NCBI RefSeq assembly: GCF_001194135.2
Contig: NC_069000.1
Span: forward strand, 42,406,189-42,454,964
Reading direction: 5' to 3'
DNA length: 48,776 bases
From: Octopus bimaculoides
Taxonomy: Eukaryota
Below are positions 10,422 to 23,457 of the stretch, in pieces; the stretch's first letter is position 1, and each line of letters starts with the position of its first letter. The translations under genes and the position numbers were made by a program. Under the pieces are notes generated by a model. It ran no database searches. It saw only the letters and a list, made by a program, of their open reading frames with translations, and was not told where the DNA came from.

Positions 10422-11086
10422 ACAAGTCCAGTAGTTATCAGGATATACGATTTGTATGGAGTTAGCTTCTCTTTGATGAGCAGGTAAAGGGCCTGAAGGG
10501 TCTCGTCTTCACTAGGTTCAATAGGGAATCTGTGAATGTAATGGTGTTCATGTTGGTGTCTTCGTTTGCTGAACAACCCATCCTTGTGACATTCCGTGTC
10601 ATGTCGAATCTCCTTGAGAGCTACGTTAAGGATACACGTGTCTGTGGAGTGCTCAGCCACTTACATGTTAATATCACGAGCAAGCTGTTCCGTTGATGGG
10701 ATTGACCGGAACACTTATCGTCGTGACTGATGGAGTACCAGGTATGTGTGTGCATGTGGCAGGAATGCATGTTTGTGTTGTGTGTGCATGCATGTGTATA
10801 TGTTTGTGTTGTGTACATGTGTGTGCGTGTGTGTGTATATGTGTGCGTGCTTGTGTCGTGTGCATGTGTGTGTGTGTAGATTTGTGTGTTTGTGAGTGTC
10901 TTTTATGTATGTGTATGCGTGCATGTGTGCATGTTAGTGCATGTGTGCATGTTAGTGCATGTGTGCATGTTAGTGCATGTGTGCATGTTAGTTGTATGCA
11001 TGTGTGTATGTATTTGTGTTGAGTGTGTAGGTTTGTGTATGTGTGTATATCTGCTTGGGTAAGCTTGTTTGTGTAGATTTGTATGT

Positions 11087-11128
<42 letters not shown>

Positions 11129-11184
11129 TAAATGAGCATGTCTAGATATGCAACTATATGCATGAGAATACATACATAAAACAT

Positions 11185-11219
<35 letters not shown>

Positions 11220-11360
11220 TACATACATACATACCCTGTTGATGATGTTGAAATTCTAATGAAGAAACCTTGGATCTAGGTTAGAAACCAGTTCTTTCTC
11301 TATTGGCAAGAAATCTTAAAATAAACTGAATGACATACATACATTCACATATACATATGT

Positions 11361-11391
<31 letters not shown>

Positions 11392-11879
11392 TACAGGCAT
11401 GCATACATACATACATAACGTATATACATAGGTATATCCACACATACATACATACATGCAAAGATACACACTCACACATACACACACACACAGAGCAATA
11501 AAAGAAAAGGTGAAAGGGAGAAATCTACACGTGTACAGAAATACACACACAAGAAGGAGAGATGACATACACACACACACAGAGTTCCCCCCCTCCCACT
11601 CGCCCAGCTCATTAATTATGTCCAGTTCAGCTTAATCCAATTCAACCCAAAATAACTAAACATGTCTATTCAATGGTAAAAACTCGTTATATAGTTTCTA
11701 TTGTAGTGTTGCTGTTGTTGTTGTTGCAATAGTGACATTGTTTCAAATGGGGTGGTGGTGGTGGCGTTGAGGAGGGTGTCATCATTACTGAAGGTGTAAA
11801 ACAGCACAATGACTGTACTGTCGTCGCCATCATCATCATCATCATTGCCGTCGTCGCTTTGTATTTCTGACAACTACAT

Positions 11880-12420
11880 TCGCTATCATCATTATCATCG
11901 TCGTCATCACTTTCATTGTTTTCGTCTTCACTTTCATTGTTTTTCATCATCATCATCATCATTGTCATCATCATAGTCATCACTATCATCAATCATCATC
12001 AATGTCATCATCATCATCACCATCACGATCATCAATCATTATCATCATCATCATTGCCTTCATCACTGTCATTGCTATCATCAATCATCATCACTGTCAT
12101 CATCATCGCTATCATCAGTCATTATCATCATCATCATTGCTTTCATCAGTCATCATCAGTCATCATCATCGCTATCGCCAATCATTATCATCATCATCAT
12201 TGCTTTCATCAGTCATCATCAGTCATCATCATTGTCATCATCATCGCTATCGCCAATCATTATCATCATCATCATTGCTTTCATCAGTCATCATCATTGT
12301 CATCATCAGTCATCATCATCATTGCTTTCATCATTGTCATCATCAGTCATCATCATCATCACCATAATCTTATTCTTTGTCATCAGCACCACTACCATCA
12401 TCATCATTCTCATCATTGTA
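11880..12420. repeat. Degenerate (CAT)n microsatellite with higher-order repeat units
   Basis: Recurring attgctttcatcagtcatcatcagtcatcatc and gctatcgccaatcattatcatc blocks. Confidence 0.85.
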
Positions 12421-13385
12421 AACATTAAGCTAAACAGCCATCATCACTGTGGGTGGCCAGCACTATCCCAGAGTGGACACCCATTATGCTAGATGTAGAC
12501 CCCATATGGCCTGACCACCAAGAAAAGAAGATTGTTCTCAAGAAAATTCAGCAAATACAAAATATGAAGATTCTTCAGCATCATCATCATTATTATCATT
12601 ATCACTGTAGACATTAAACAATTCAACTGTCATCGCTAATGCTATTTATCAATAAGGGGTTCTCACCAGGGGCCCGAGACTTCTGTGAGAGGATGTCTAT
12701 GGCGATGACGATGATGATGATTATCATCATCATCATCGCAACAGACACAATGGAACACAATCATCACTGCCACCACCCCCACAATCATCACCATTGTCAA
12801 TACTATAGATTAACAGTTGGTCAGACGACAGAGACACCATTTAAATTAATAATAATAATAAGAAGAAGAAGAACAACAACAACAACAACAATTTCTGAAC
12901 TTGGAAACAAATGGCTGCTACTGCTGCTGGTGATGATGATGGTGGTGATGATACTGTTCAGGATGGNNNNNNNNNNNNNNNNNNNNNNNNNNNNNNNNNN
13001 NNNNNNNNNNNNNNNNNNNNNNNNNNNNNNNNNNNNNNNNNNNNNNNNNNNNNNNNNNNNNNNNNNNNNNNNNNNNNNNNNNNNNNNNNNNNNNNNNNNN
13101 NNNNNNNNNNNNNNNNNNNNNNNNNNNNNNNNNNNNNNNNNNNNNNNNNNNNNNNNNNNNNNNNNNNNNNNNNNNNNNNNNNNNNNNNNNNNNNNNNNNN
13201 NNNNNNNNNNNNNNNNNNNNNNNNNNNNNNNNNNNNNNNNNNNNNNNNNNNNNNNNNNNNNNNNNNNNNNNNNNNNNNNNNNNNNNNNNNNNNNNNNNNN
13301 NNNNNNNNNNNNNNNNNNNNNNNNNNNNNNNNNGACCTGAAACTCCGAGGACCAGTTTCTGAAGATTTTGCAGCTTTCAATAAAA

Positions 13386-14166
13386 GTGGGTGTGTGGTTA
13401 AGAAGCTTGCTTCCCAACCACATGGTTCCGGGTTCAGTCCCACTGCGTGGCACCTGGGGCAAGTGTCTCCTACTACAGCCTCGGGCTGACTAAATCCCTG
13501 TGAGTAGATTTGGTTGATGGAAACTGAAAGAAGCCCATTGAATATATGTAGGGAGTGGGGTGGATGCGGGGCGTGTGTGTGGGGGGTGTTTGTGTTTGTT
13601 CCTCTACCATCGCTTGACAACTAATGTCGGTGTGTTTACATCCCTGTACCTTAGCGGTTCAGCAAAAAGAGACTGACAGAATAAGTGACAGGCTAACAAA
13701 GCGTAAGTCCTGGGGCCGATTTGTTTGACTAAAGCTGGGGCTCCAGCATGGCCGCAATCAAATAAATGAAAGAATAAAAGAATATAGGCACAGGCATGGC
13801 TGTGTGGTAAGAAGCTTGCTTCCCAACCACATGGTTCCAGGTTCAGTCCCACAGCATGCCACCTTGGGCAAGTGTCTTCTAATACAGCCTCAGGCCAAAA
13901 CCTTGTGAGTGGATTTGGTAGATGGAAACTGAGAGAAGCCTGTCATATATATATACACACACACACATGTATAAATATCTATGTGTGAGTGTCTTTGTTG
14001 GTGTGTTTATGTCCCTGTAACTTAGCAGTTCAGCAGAAAGTAAACAATAGAATAAGTACTAGGCTTTAAAAAAGTCCTGGGGTTGATCTGTTCGACTAAA
14101 ACCCTTCAATGCGGTGCCCCAGCATGGCCACAATCAAATGACTTTAAACGATTATAAGAATAAAAG
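13386..14166 (+). mobile_element. Two tandem family A SINEs (about 13386-13782 and 13787-14166)
   Basis: Repeated tgtgtggtaagaagcttgcttcccaaccacatggttcc...ttcagtccc...gggcaagtgtc head and gaataagt...cctgggg...ccagcatggcc tail. Confidence 0.8.
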
Positions 14167-14277
14167 GCTATCAATACACACACACACACACACAGAGTCT
14201 TGGAAACAGGTGAGGGTTGGCAACAGGAAAGGCATACAGCTGTAGAAAATCAACCTCAACAGATTCTGTCCAGCTTA

Positions 14278-14510
14278 TGATGATGACGATGACGATGATG
14301 GTCATGATGATGACAACAACAATGATGATGACGATGATGATAGTGATGATGATGATAGTGATGATGATGATAGTGATGATGATGATAGTGATGATGATGA
14401 CGACGATGGTAGTGATGATGATGACGACAACAATTATGCCGACGATGATGATGGTGATATTGATGATGATGATGATTGTGACGATGGCAACGATGACGAT
14501 GATGATGTTG
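14278..14510. repeat. (GAT)n-type microsatellite
   Basis: Direct reading; includes a 15-nt gatagtgatgatgat unit. Confidence 0.9.
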
Positions 14511-15127
14511 GCCCTGGGTGGTAATAGTGTTGGCAGATGAAGGTAGTGGCAGTGATGGGGGAGGGGTAGTGGTGATTAACAAGCCTGTTGACTAGATGTG
14601 ATGATGTTGATTGTAGTGATAATACTGAACACTTCTTGTTGTTGCTGTTGTTGTTGATGTCGCTGGTAGCGGTGGTGATAGCACTGACGATAGTTGTGGT
14701 GGTGGTGGAGGCGGTGGTAGAGATGGTAGTGGTGGTGGTGGTGGAGGTAAATGCCTAGTGGCGACAGAGCTATATTTACTGCTCAGGGATTAGCACTGAC
14801 TACTACCACCACCACCACCACCACCACTACTACTACTACTGCCGCCACTGTCCTATCTAAAGTTTATCCGTAATCTGTTTTGTCAATACTGTAACTCCCA
14901 CCGCCACCGCCTTCTTCCCCCCCCCCCNNNNNNNNNNNNGTCCCCGTCCTTCACTCCTCCGCTGGAGGCAAAGACTACAACAACAAATACAGAAAGAAAA
15001 AAGACAAACAAACAACAAAGAAAAGACCCCAGCATCCTCCCCACCCCGCTCCTCTGCTCCGAATCTCTTATTGATCTTTTGCTAAGAGATGGCTTCGCTT
15101 CAGACATTTCTAAGCTTGTTTAGTCTT

Positions 15128-15470
15128 GTACCACACACACACACACACACACACACATGCAGAAACATACACATACAGGCACACACACATACACACATAA
15201 AACACTTACAAACACAAACATACAGGCACACACATAAAACACACAAACATACACAGACAGGTACACATACACATAAACAGACACGCATAAAACACAAACA
15301 CGCACACACACACACAAACATACAGGCACACACTTAAAACACACACATACACACATAAAACACACACACACAAAAATACACACACAGGTACACACATAAA
15401 ACACACAAACACACACATAAACACAAACACACAGATGCACACACTTATATACACATATGTGTATGGATAT
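15128..15470. repeat. CA-rich low-complexity tract; many other (TA)n, (CA)n, (TAC)n and (AAT)n tracts occur across the window
   Basis: Direct reading. Examples: (TA)n at 1-42 and 5262-5340, (TAC)n at 1608-1653, (TAG)n at 11087-11127. Confidence 0.9.
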
Positions 15471-15527
15471 GTCTATATGGAGACACACAGCAAACATGTT
15501 TGTGAGAGAACACACACACATATTCTT

Positions 15528-16066
15528 TAATTCTTTTACTTGTTTCAGTGGTTTGACTGCGGTCATGCTGGAGCACTGCCTTTTAGTCAAAGAAATCGAC
15601 TCCAGGACTGATTTTTTTGTAAGCCTGGAACTTATTTCATCATTCTCTTTTGCCGAACCACTAAGTTACAGGGACGTAAACACACCAACGTCAGTTGCCA
15701 AGTGATGATGGGGGACGGACAAACAGGTACAAGTGGCTCTGTGGTCAGTAGCTTGCTTACCGACCACATGGTTCCAGGTTCAGTCCCACTGCATGGCACC
15801 TTGGGCAAGTGTCTTCCACTATAGCCTTGGGCAGACCAAAGCCTTGTGAATGGATTTGGCAGACGGAAACTGAAAGAAGCCCATCGTATACATATATATA
15901 TATATGATGGGCTTCTTTCAGTTTCCATCTACCAAATCCACTCACATGACTTTGGTCAGCCCGAGGCTATAGTACAAGACATTTTGCCCATGGTGCTACG
16001 CAGTGGGACTAAACCTGGAACCATGTGGTTGGTAAGCAAGCTACTTTACCACACAGCCACTCCTGC
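15528..16066. mobile_element. Family A SINE cluster: minus 3' part (15528-15715), plus head (15733-15890), minus head (15900-16066)
   Basis: Direct reading; the last two copies form an inverted pair around a (TA)n spacer. Confidence 0.85.
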
Positions 16067-16088
16067 ATCTATGCATAATAATAATAAC

Positions 16089-16121
<33 letters not shown>

Positions 16122-16129
16122 TAAAAATA

Positions 16130-16347
16130 TTCTTCTCTACTCTGGGCATAAGACCTGAAATTTTGGGGGCACAGGGTCCAGTCAATTACATCAACCCCCA
16201 GCATTTCACTGGTACTTAATTTATCGACCCCGAAAGAATGAAAGACAAAGTTGACCACGGCAGAATTTGAACTCAGAACATCAAGGCAGGACGAAATGCC
16301 ACTAAGCATTTCGTCCAATGCGTTAACGATTCTGCCAGGTCACCACT
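16130..16347 (-). mobile_element. Family C tRNA-SINE
   Basis: Reverse complement of the 18465-18672 copy, with an (AAT)n tail at 16077-16125. Confidence 0.8.
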
Positions 16348-18005
16348 AATATAAACAGTATAAGAAGAGATGAGTAAAGAGAGAAAGAAAAGGGCCAGAG
16401 CAGAAAGGTGAGAAAGCTGTACAGGTGAGACACGACTACTCTCATTTGAGAAGGAAAGGTGAAAGTATTCGAGTGGAATTCCTTACTGAATTTATTTTGA
16501 GATGCTCTGTGTTTTTTTCAATTAATTTTAAATATAACAAAAAATTTAGTAAAATAACTCAGTTATCATTCAGCTAGTGCTAGGAACATAAATTGTGACT
16601 AAGGTTTGGTGGAAGATTTTAATTCAGAACTTATGAAAACAAGACATTTTGTACTACAGAGCCAGAGCTGGTTTCAGCTGGGTTCGTAATGAAAGGGTTA
16701 AAGAGATTGGTGATGAGGTGTCAGGGTAGACACGCAAGGCATGAGGTGGGTAGGAATGAGTGGGGCAGAGGTTGGGGTAGTGGTAATTACAGGAAAAGTT
16801 ATTTAACGAAGATAACAACAGCCTCGATGGCATGGTAACAGTGACGCCATCCACTCGACATAACAACAACAATCACAACATCAACAAGCATAACAATGAC
16901 AACAAGCATAACAACTAACATAATGATAACAACAACAACAACAAACATGTCAACAACAAAACTGTTAATGATTTCTTGCAGCAAATAATTTTTAAATGAC
17001 AATAACAAGAGAATGATGACAAAGGCAATGATGACAACAACAAAATGATGACAGCAACCACAATGACAAAAGATGGATGATGACAGGATAATGAGAACCA
17101 AGATGATAAAGACAGCAATAACGAGAACAGAGATAACGAAGGCAATGAGTGAGGGGGTGGGGTGGGGCACTTGCTTTGTTCTTTGACTTCCACCCCACTC
17201 CCCATCGTGTTCTGTTTTTCTTTTTTGTTTGATTTTATTTTTCTTTATTCTTTGTTCATTTGTTTTGTTTTGTTTTTTTCTCTTTCGTATTTCCAACAGA
17301 GAGATTGACATTTCAAGTGCTGGATCATTTTGTTTCGCTTCCTCAGGATATCAAAAGAAATAAAGAGTTCTCATAGACACCATCACTGCCATGATGATGA
17401 TACTGACGATGATGACGATGATGAATATCGTTGTCATCATCATCATCGACATTATATACATCATTATGATCATCATACTTACCACCACCACCACCACCAC
17501 CACCATATTCAACATAACCCCACCGCCAACATCATCATTATTATTACTATACTCACTACCACCACCACCACCACCACTACCACCATCACTACCATAAAAT
17601 AGTCTACCACTATCCTCATCATCACCATCACAACAACTACCATAGTTATCAACATTATCACCATCATCATCACCTACCATGACCACCACTACCATCACAA
17701 TAATAATGCAAAACCACTGAGATTTATGATTCACACACACACATATATATATATATACATACACACACATACATATATATATACATACACACACATACAT
17801 ATAAATACCCTCCTGAGTGGCCCTCGTGCCGGTGGCACGTAAAAGCACCTGCTTCACTCTCAGAGTGGTTGGCGTTAGAAAGAGCATCCAGATCAGATTG
17901 GAGCCTGGTGCAGCCTCTGGCTCACCAGTCCTCAGTCAAACCGTCCAACCCATGCCAGCATGGAAAGCGGACGTTAAACAATGATGATGATATATATGTA
18001 TAACA

Positions 18006-18452
18006 GGTGCAGATAAAGCAGTGTGGTAAGAAGTTTGCTTTCCAACCACATGGTTCTGGGTTCAGTCCCACTGCGTGACACCTTGGACAAGTGACTTCTA
18101 CTATTGCCTCAAGCTGACCAAAGCCTTTTGAGTGAATTTGGCAGACAGAAACTGAAAGAAGCCCGTTGTACACACACACACACGCATATATATATATGTA
18201 TGTATGTTTTTATGTTTGTACATATTTATGTGTGCTTATGTGTGTGTTTGCCCTGCACCCCACCCCTGCCATCCCACGGCAACCGGTGCTGGTGCATTTA
18301 TGTCCCTGCAGCTTAGCGGTTCGACTAAAGAGGCCGATAAAATAAGTACTAAGCTTACAAAGAATAAGTCCTGGGACTCGATTTGTTCGACTAAAACCCA
18401 TCAGGGGAGTGCTCCAGCATGACTACAGTCATATGACTGAAACAAGTAAAAA
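18006..18452 (+). mobile_element. Family A SINE, full length with internal CA/TA microsatellite
   Basis: Head, CORE-like accttggacaagtgactt, and tail gactgaaacaagtaaaa. Confidence 0.8.
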
Positions 18453-18464
18453 AAATTACATATA

Positions 18465-18672
18465 AGGCGAGCTGGCAGAACCGTTAGCACGCCGGACGAA
18501 ATGCTTAGCGGTATTTCATCTGTCTTTAAGTTCTGAGTTCAAATTCCGCCGAGGTCATCTTTGCCTTTCATCCTTTCAGGCAAATTAAGTACCAGTTGCA
18601 TACTGGGGTCGATCTAATTGACTGGCACCCTCCCCCAAAATTTCAGGCCCTTGTGCCTGGAGTAGAAAAGAA
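18465..18672 (+). mobile_element. Family C tRNA-SINE with a Meta-domain-like core
   Basis: ggcgagctggcagaaccgttagc (A box) ... gagttcaaattcc (B box) ... gcctttcatcctttc...aattaagtaccag; further copies near 29660-29778 and 46025-46420. Confidence 0.8.
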
Positions 18673-20135
18673 TATGTGTGTGTGTGTGTGTGTGGTCACC
18701 TGTCCTTGTCTTTTTTTCTTTTGATCTGAGCTGTCATACGGAATGTTCATTATGGATTTTTTTCATTGGTTTCTAAGTGACATGTATTGACTTCTGTTTT
18801 TTTTATGTCATNNNNNNNNNNNNNNNNNNNNNNNNNNNNNNNNNNNNNNNNNNNNNNNNNNNNNNNNNNNNNNNNNNNNNNNNNNNNNNNNNNNNNNNNN
18901 NNNNNNNNNNNNNNNNNNNNNNNNNNNNNNNNNNNNNNNNNNNNNNNNNNNNNNNNNNNNNNNNNNNNNNNNNNNNNNNNNNNNNNNNNNNNNNNNNNNN
19001 NNNNNNNNNNNNNNNNNNNNNNNNNNNNNNNNNNNNNNNNNNNNNNNNNNNNNNNNNNNNNNNNNNNNNNNNNNNNNNNNNNNNNNNNNNNNNNNNNNNN
19101 NNNNNNNNNNNNNNNNNNNNNNNNNNNNNNNNNNNNNNNNNNNNNNNNNNNNNNNNNNNNNNNNNNNNNNNNNNNNNNNNNNNNNNNNNNNNNNNNNNNN
19201 NNNNNNNNNNNNNNNNNNNNNNNNNNNNNNNNNNNNNNNNNNNNNNNNNNNNNNNNNNNNNNNNNNNNNNNNNNNNNNNNNNNNNNNNNNNNNNNNNNNN
19301 NNNNNNNNNNNNNNNNNNNNNNNNNNNNNNNNNNNNNNNNNNNNNNNNNNNNNNNNNNNNNNNNNNNNNNNNNNNNNNNNNNNNNNNNNNNNNNNNNNNN
19401 NNNNNNNNNNNNNNNNNNNNNNNNNNNNNNNNNNNNNNNNNNNNNNNNNNNNNNNNNNNNNNNNNNNNNNNNNNNNNNNNNNNNNNNNNNNNNNNNNNNN
19501 NNNNNNNNNNNNNNNNNNNNNNNNNNNNNNNNNNNNNNNNNNNNNNNNNNNNNNNNNNNNNNNNNNNNNNNNNNNNNNNNNNNNNNNNNNNNNNNNNNNN
19601 NNNNNNNNNNNNNNNNNNNNNNNNNNNNNNNNNNNNNNNNNNNNNNNNNNNNNNNNNNNNNNNNNNNNNNNNNNNNNNNNTATATATAGGATATGTCCTC
19701 TATGTGGCCTGTTTGCTTTTTGTCCATGTTTTTTTGCAACGTCATGTACCTAGATATGTATCTATACATACATGTAGATGAAGGTATGTACATACATGTA
19801 CATATATATGCATATACTCCTATATTGTTTATATATATATATATATATATATAGTTCAGTTATTGGGATTTCAATCAATAGATTTGTGAGTATTCCATTT
19901 CAGATAATGCAAAAAGAACATAACGAGTATTTATGATGGAAAACTTGTGGTATTTATGATGGAAAACTTGTGGTATTTATATACACATCAAGAAATAATA
20001 CCTGAGGATAAAACCAGTACAATAGCAGGGTATATAATATACTACCTTAATTAGTCCTTAATTGAGTTAAAATTATAATTAGAAAGGAACTACAAGTGTT
20101 TCTGTATTGGAAGATCAGAATATATGTAGTCATCA

Positions 20136-20488
20136 GATTTACAATTCTACCAACATATCTTCAGGTTCTTTTCAAAGTTTTGTTCGGCTATTTTAAATCA
20201 CCATAAAAATTAAGCGTTAAATTAAAAATTAAAATTAACTTTATAAAATTAAGAATTAAAAATTATAAATTTTAAATTACAAATATAAATTAGTATACAT
20301 ATATCAACCTTAGACATTCTAAGTTTGATATAAGCTAATTTTATATTTATAATTTAAAATTTATGATTTTTAATTCTTAATTTTGTAAAGTTAATTTTTA
20401 ATTTAACACTTAATTTTTATGGTGATTTAAAATAGCTGAACAAAACTTTGAAAAAGAACCTGAAGATGTGTTGGTAGAATTACGAATC
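20136..20488. repeat. AT-rich near-perfect palindrome of about 350 bp (foldback element)
   Basis: The arm aattctaccaacatatcttcaggttcttttcaaagttttgttc... is mirrored by ...gaacaaaactttgaaaaagaacctgaagatgtgttggtagaatt; centre atatcaaccttaga-cat-tctaagtttgatat near 20314. Confidence 0.85.
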
Positions 20489-20728
20489 ATCATCATCAAG
20501 ATCATCATCATCATCATCGTTTAATGTCCGCTTTCTATGCTAGCATGGGTTGGACGATTTGACTGAGGACTGGCAACCAGATGGCTGCCCCAGGCTCCAA
20601 TCTGATTTGGCAGAGTTTCTACAGCTGGATGTCCTTCCTAATGTCAACCACTCCGAGAGTGTAGTGGGCGCTTTTATGTGCCACCGGCACGAAGGCCAGC
20701 CAGGCGATATATATATGTATGTGTGTGC

Positions 20729-20770
<42 letters not shown>

Positions 20771-21559
20771 TTGTGTGTGCGTGTGTATATATATATATAT
20801 ATTTGTGTGTGTGTGTGTGTAGTATAGACTTCACACAACCAGGAAATTATTCAGCATTCCTCTGTTGTGAACTTTCTCCTAAGTTCCAGTACGCCCTACA
20901 CTAGACAACTGCTAACACATACCTGGGACAGTATTGACTACACACACACACACACACACTGAAACTTGTTTACAAGTGGTGTTTTATTTGTTTAAAATTG
21001 TCACAGACATTTTTTTTTTTTTACCTGAGAGAATTTATTTACGTGACTAAAATCATTACCCAAGTACAATTTGTTACTTGTTTATAGTTTGGATTTATTT
21101 TATTTCACTTAGAATAAATTTATGGAATGAATTATTTTCTCTCTCTCTCTCTCTCTCACACAGAAATAACATTACCACCACCACCACCACCACCATCACT
21201 ACCAACATTATCTACCTTCACCACCATTATATCCACTAACACCACCATGCTGAAGGGAACCAACAAAATTCTTTTCAGCATGGCCTTCAAAACATGACTT
21301 GCAGTTTTTTTTTTTTTGTTTACTTTCATTTGTGTTGTTATGATAAAAATATTATCATTATTGTCATTATTATTATTATTATTATTATTAACAGTACCAG
21401 AAGTCACGCCACCAACCGGTTATGTACAGTTTAGACGACTGATAGAACACGTACACTTTTTCGTTCTCAATGTCAGACACCAAGAAGCAAGAGGAAGACT
21501 TTTTGTTTAGTGTAATAATGATAATAATTCTTATATTCTTTTACTTGCTCCAGTCATTT

Positions 21560-22270
21560 GACTGGAGCCATGCTGGAGCATTGCCTTAAAGGGGATTTTA
21601 GTTGAAGAAAACAATTACTAAATATTGATGAGTGTGCCATCACCGGATGAGTCGCTAATCCTGCCACTGTATATTTGGATGCCCCAATTCAGTTGCTCCA
21701 TGTCCACACTGGTACATTCAGGAAATTTAGCTTTAGTTTGTGCGTAGAGGCTTGTCACCATGGCTATCCCACTTTCTTCAGAGGACGATGGTCTTCATTC
21801 TAATTCACGTTGGGTTGTTGGTGCACTTGAAGGTGGCCGATGAGTCCAATTTGAGCTTTGAAAGATCCGCTGCAAGTTGGGTGAGTTGTCCCCCAGAAGA
21901 GATCTTACCCAGGTTGGAGTTGCGTCTCACTCCTCCTTTTTCACTTTTCTCCCAGTTCTCCACGTTTGTTTGCTTCCAATGTAGTTGTTCCTTCACAGAT
22001 CATGGATCTCCAGAGATTTTTGTCATTTGCATTTTCTTCCCAGTTGCTGAATATAATATCACATTTTTCCATGTTGGCCCTCAACAGATCCCTGTATCTC
22101 TTTTTCTGTCCCCTTTTCCTTCTTTCAGCTGAGAATAGAAGATCTGTTTTGGGAAACGGTCATCAGACATTCCAACAACATGCCCACGCCATCTCAGTTG
22201 ACTCTTGAATGATGTGAGCCTCAATGCTTGTTGTTTTGGCTGCTTTCAAGACACTAACGTTTGTGGTGCA
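21560..22270 (-). mobile_element. Degenerate RTE LINE ORF2 fragment (post-RT region)
   Basis: Minus strand QLRWRGHVVGMSDDRFPKQIFYSQLKEGKG matches the RTE motif LRW.GHV.RM...R.PK..FY..L..G. Confidence 0.85.
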
Positions 22271-23457
22271 TGGAGGATGTATGGTTAGGGAAGATTTAAG
22301 AGGACCAAAGAATCATTCCATCTACATAAGAGGGAGTTTAATTGTCATGGCAGAAAATAGGGAGTTCCTGTAGCCACAACTCAACTGTGATCCAACAAAC
22401 CTGTACAGATCAAGTTCATAACTTCCACTCTTACCATTCTATTCAGAGTGACTCAACCTTGGTTATTGTCAATCATCTGGCCAACTGATTTGTTAATCCC
22501 TGTCAATAATCCATTGTCTGAAAAATAAATGATACCTACAACCCAAGGTAAAGGCACGTGACTCAGTGGTTAGTGTTGGGCTCACAATCATGAGGTAGTG
22601 AGTCTGATTCCCGGACCGGGGCTGTGTGCTGTGCTCTTGAGCAAGACACTTTATTTCACATTGCTCCAGTTCACTCAGCTGTAGAAATGAGTTGCGATGT
22701 CACTGGGGCCAAGCTGCATCGGCCCCTTGGATAAGATCGGTGGTATGGAGACGGGATCAAAAGCATCTACCCACAACTTACCCGTCTTATATTTGTCAGG
22801 CATAGTATACCATGGACTACATTATCCATGATGTACTTTTTTTAGAAGTAAAAACGATAGAGTATAACATAAGAAAGAGACTGGTTTTAAAAAGACAAAA
22901 CGGTATTGTCAGGAACTTGGGATGGTCATAACCGGAGTGCTTTTAAAAAACAGGATGGTCATTATTGACGAAAGACAAACCTTTTAGAACGATGTTAGGT
23001 TTTCACGGAATCGCTTAGACACAAAAGAATTGGATGTGTTCTTTCATTTTACATTTGGAAATTTTGTACAGGATATCCGACTTGTTCGGTAAGAACTGAC
23101 CCAAAACAAAAAAGATATTGCAAAGTAGCCAGTCTATGAGGGATTAAAAGGGGGCCACCATGGGTTCACATTTCATCAAATTAAAAATGATAGAGACTAT
23201 AAGAAGCTAAGAAAGGATTATAAACAATAGGAAATTCCCCTGGGTTTTCTAAATGAGGCGGTGTTTCTGTGTGACTATTCTATTCGATAGCATCACCAGA
23301 GACTACAGACCTCGCGAATTTGGTTTATTAATTCCATGAACTCATGTAGCACATGTAATATGAAAGTGACAATCCCCTAAAATATTCAATGGAAAAACAA
23401 GTTCAAATTTACAGTTTCTAAATTAATTTTCCGTTCTATAGTCTATATTTCGTGATG

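Noticed and set aside
11916-12492. His-rich and Ser/Ile-rich ORFs that look like metal-binding or membrane proteins
   Set aside because: They derive from the (CAT)n tract in all frames and have no credible splice sites or unique sequence.
14883-15107. ORF MSEAKPSLSKR...FLCCLFVFFLSVFVVVVF resembling a TM exon of the PY gene
   Set aside because: The hydrophobic part comes from simple repeats and there is no good polypyrimidine acceptor; the real TM exon is at 8242-8380.
17300-17375. Plus-strand acceptor-like site (tttccaacag) with a short ORF
   Set aside because: All frames close quickly, no partner exons were found, and T-rich tracts are common here.
19930-19980. 23-bp direct repeat tttatgatggaaaacttgtggta x2 as a possible CRISPR-like unit
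   Set aside because: Two adjacent copies with no spacers in eukaryotic DNA; a simple tandem duplication.
21392-21500. Possible minus-strand exon SSCFLVSDIENEKVYVFYQSSKLYITGWWRDFW
   Set aside because: No convincing acceptor, weak donor, and no recognisable family.
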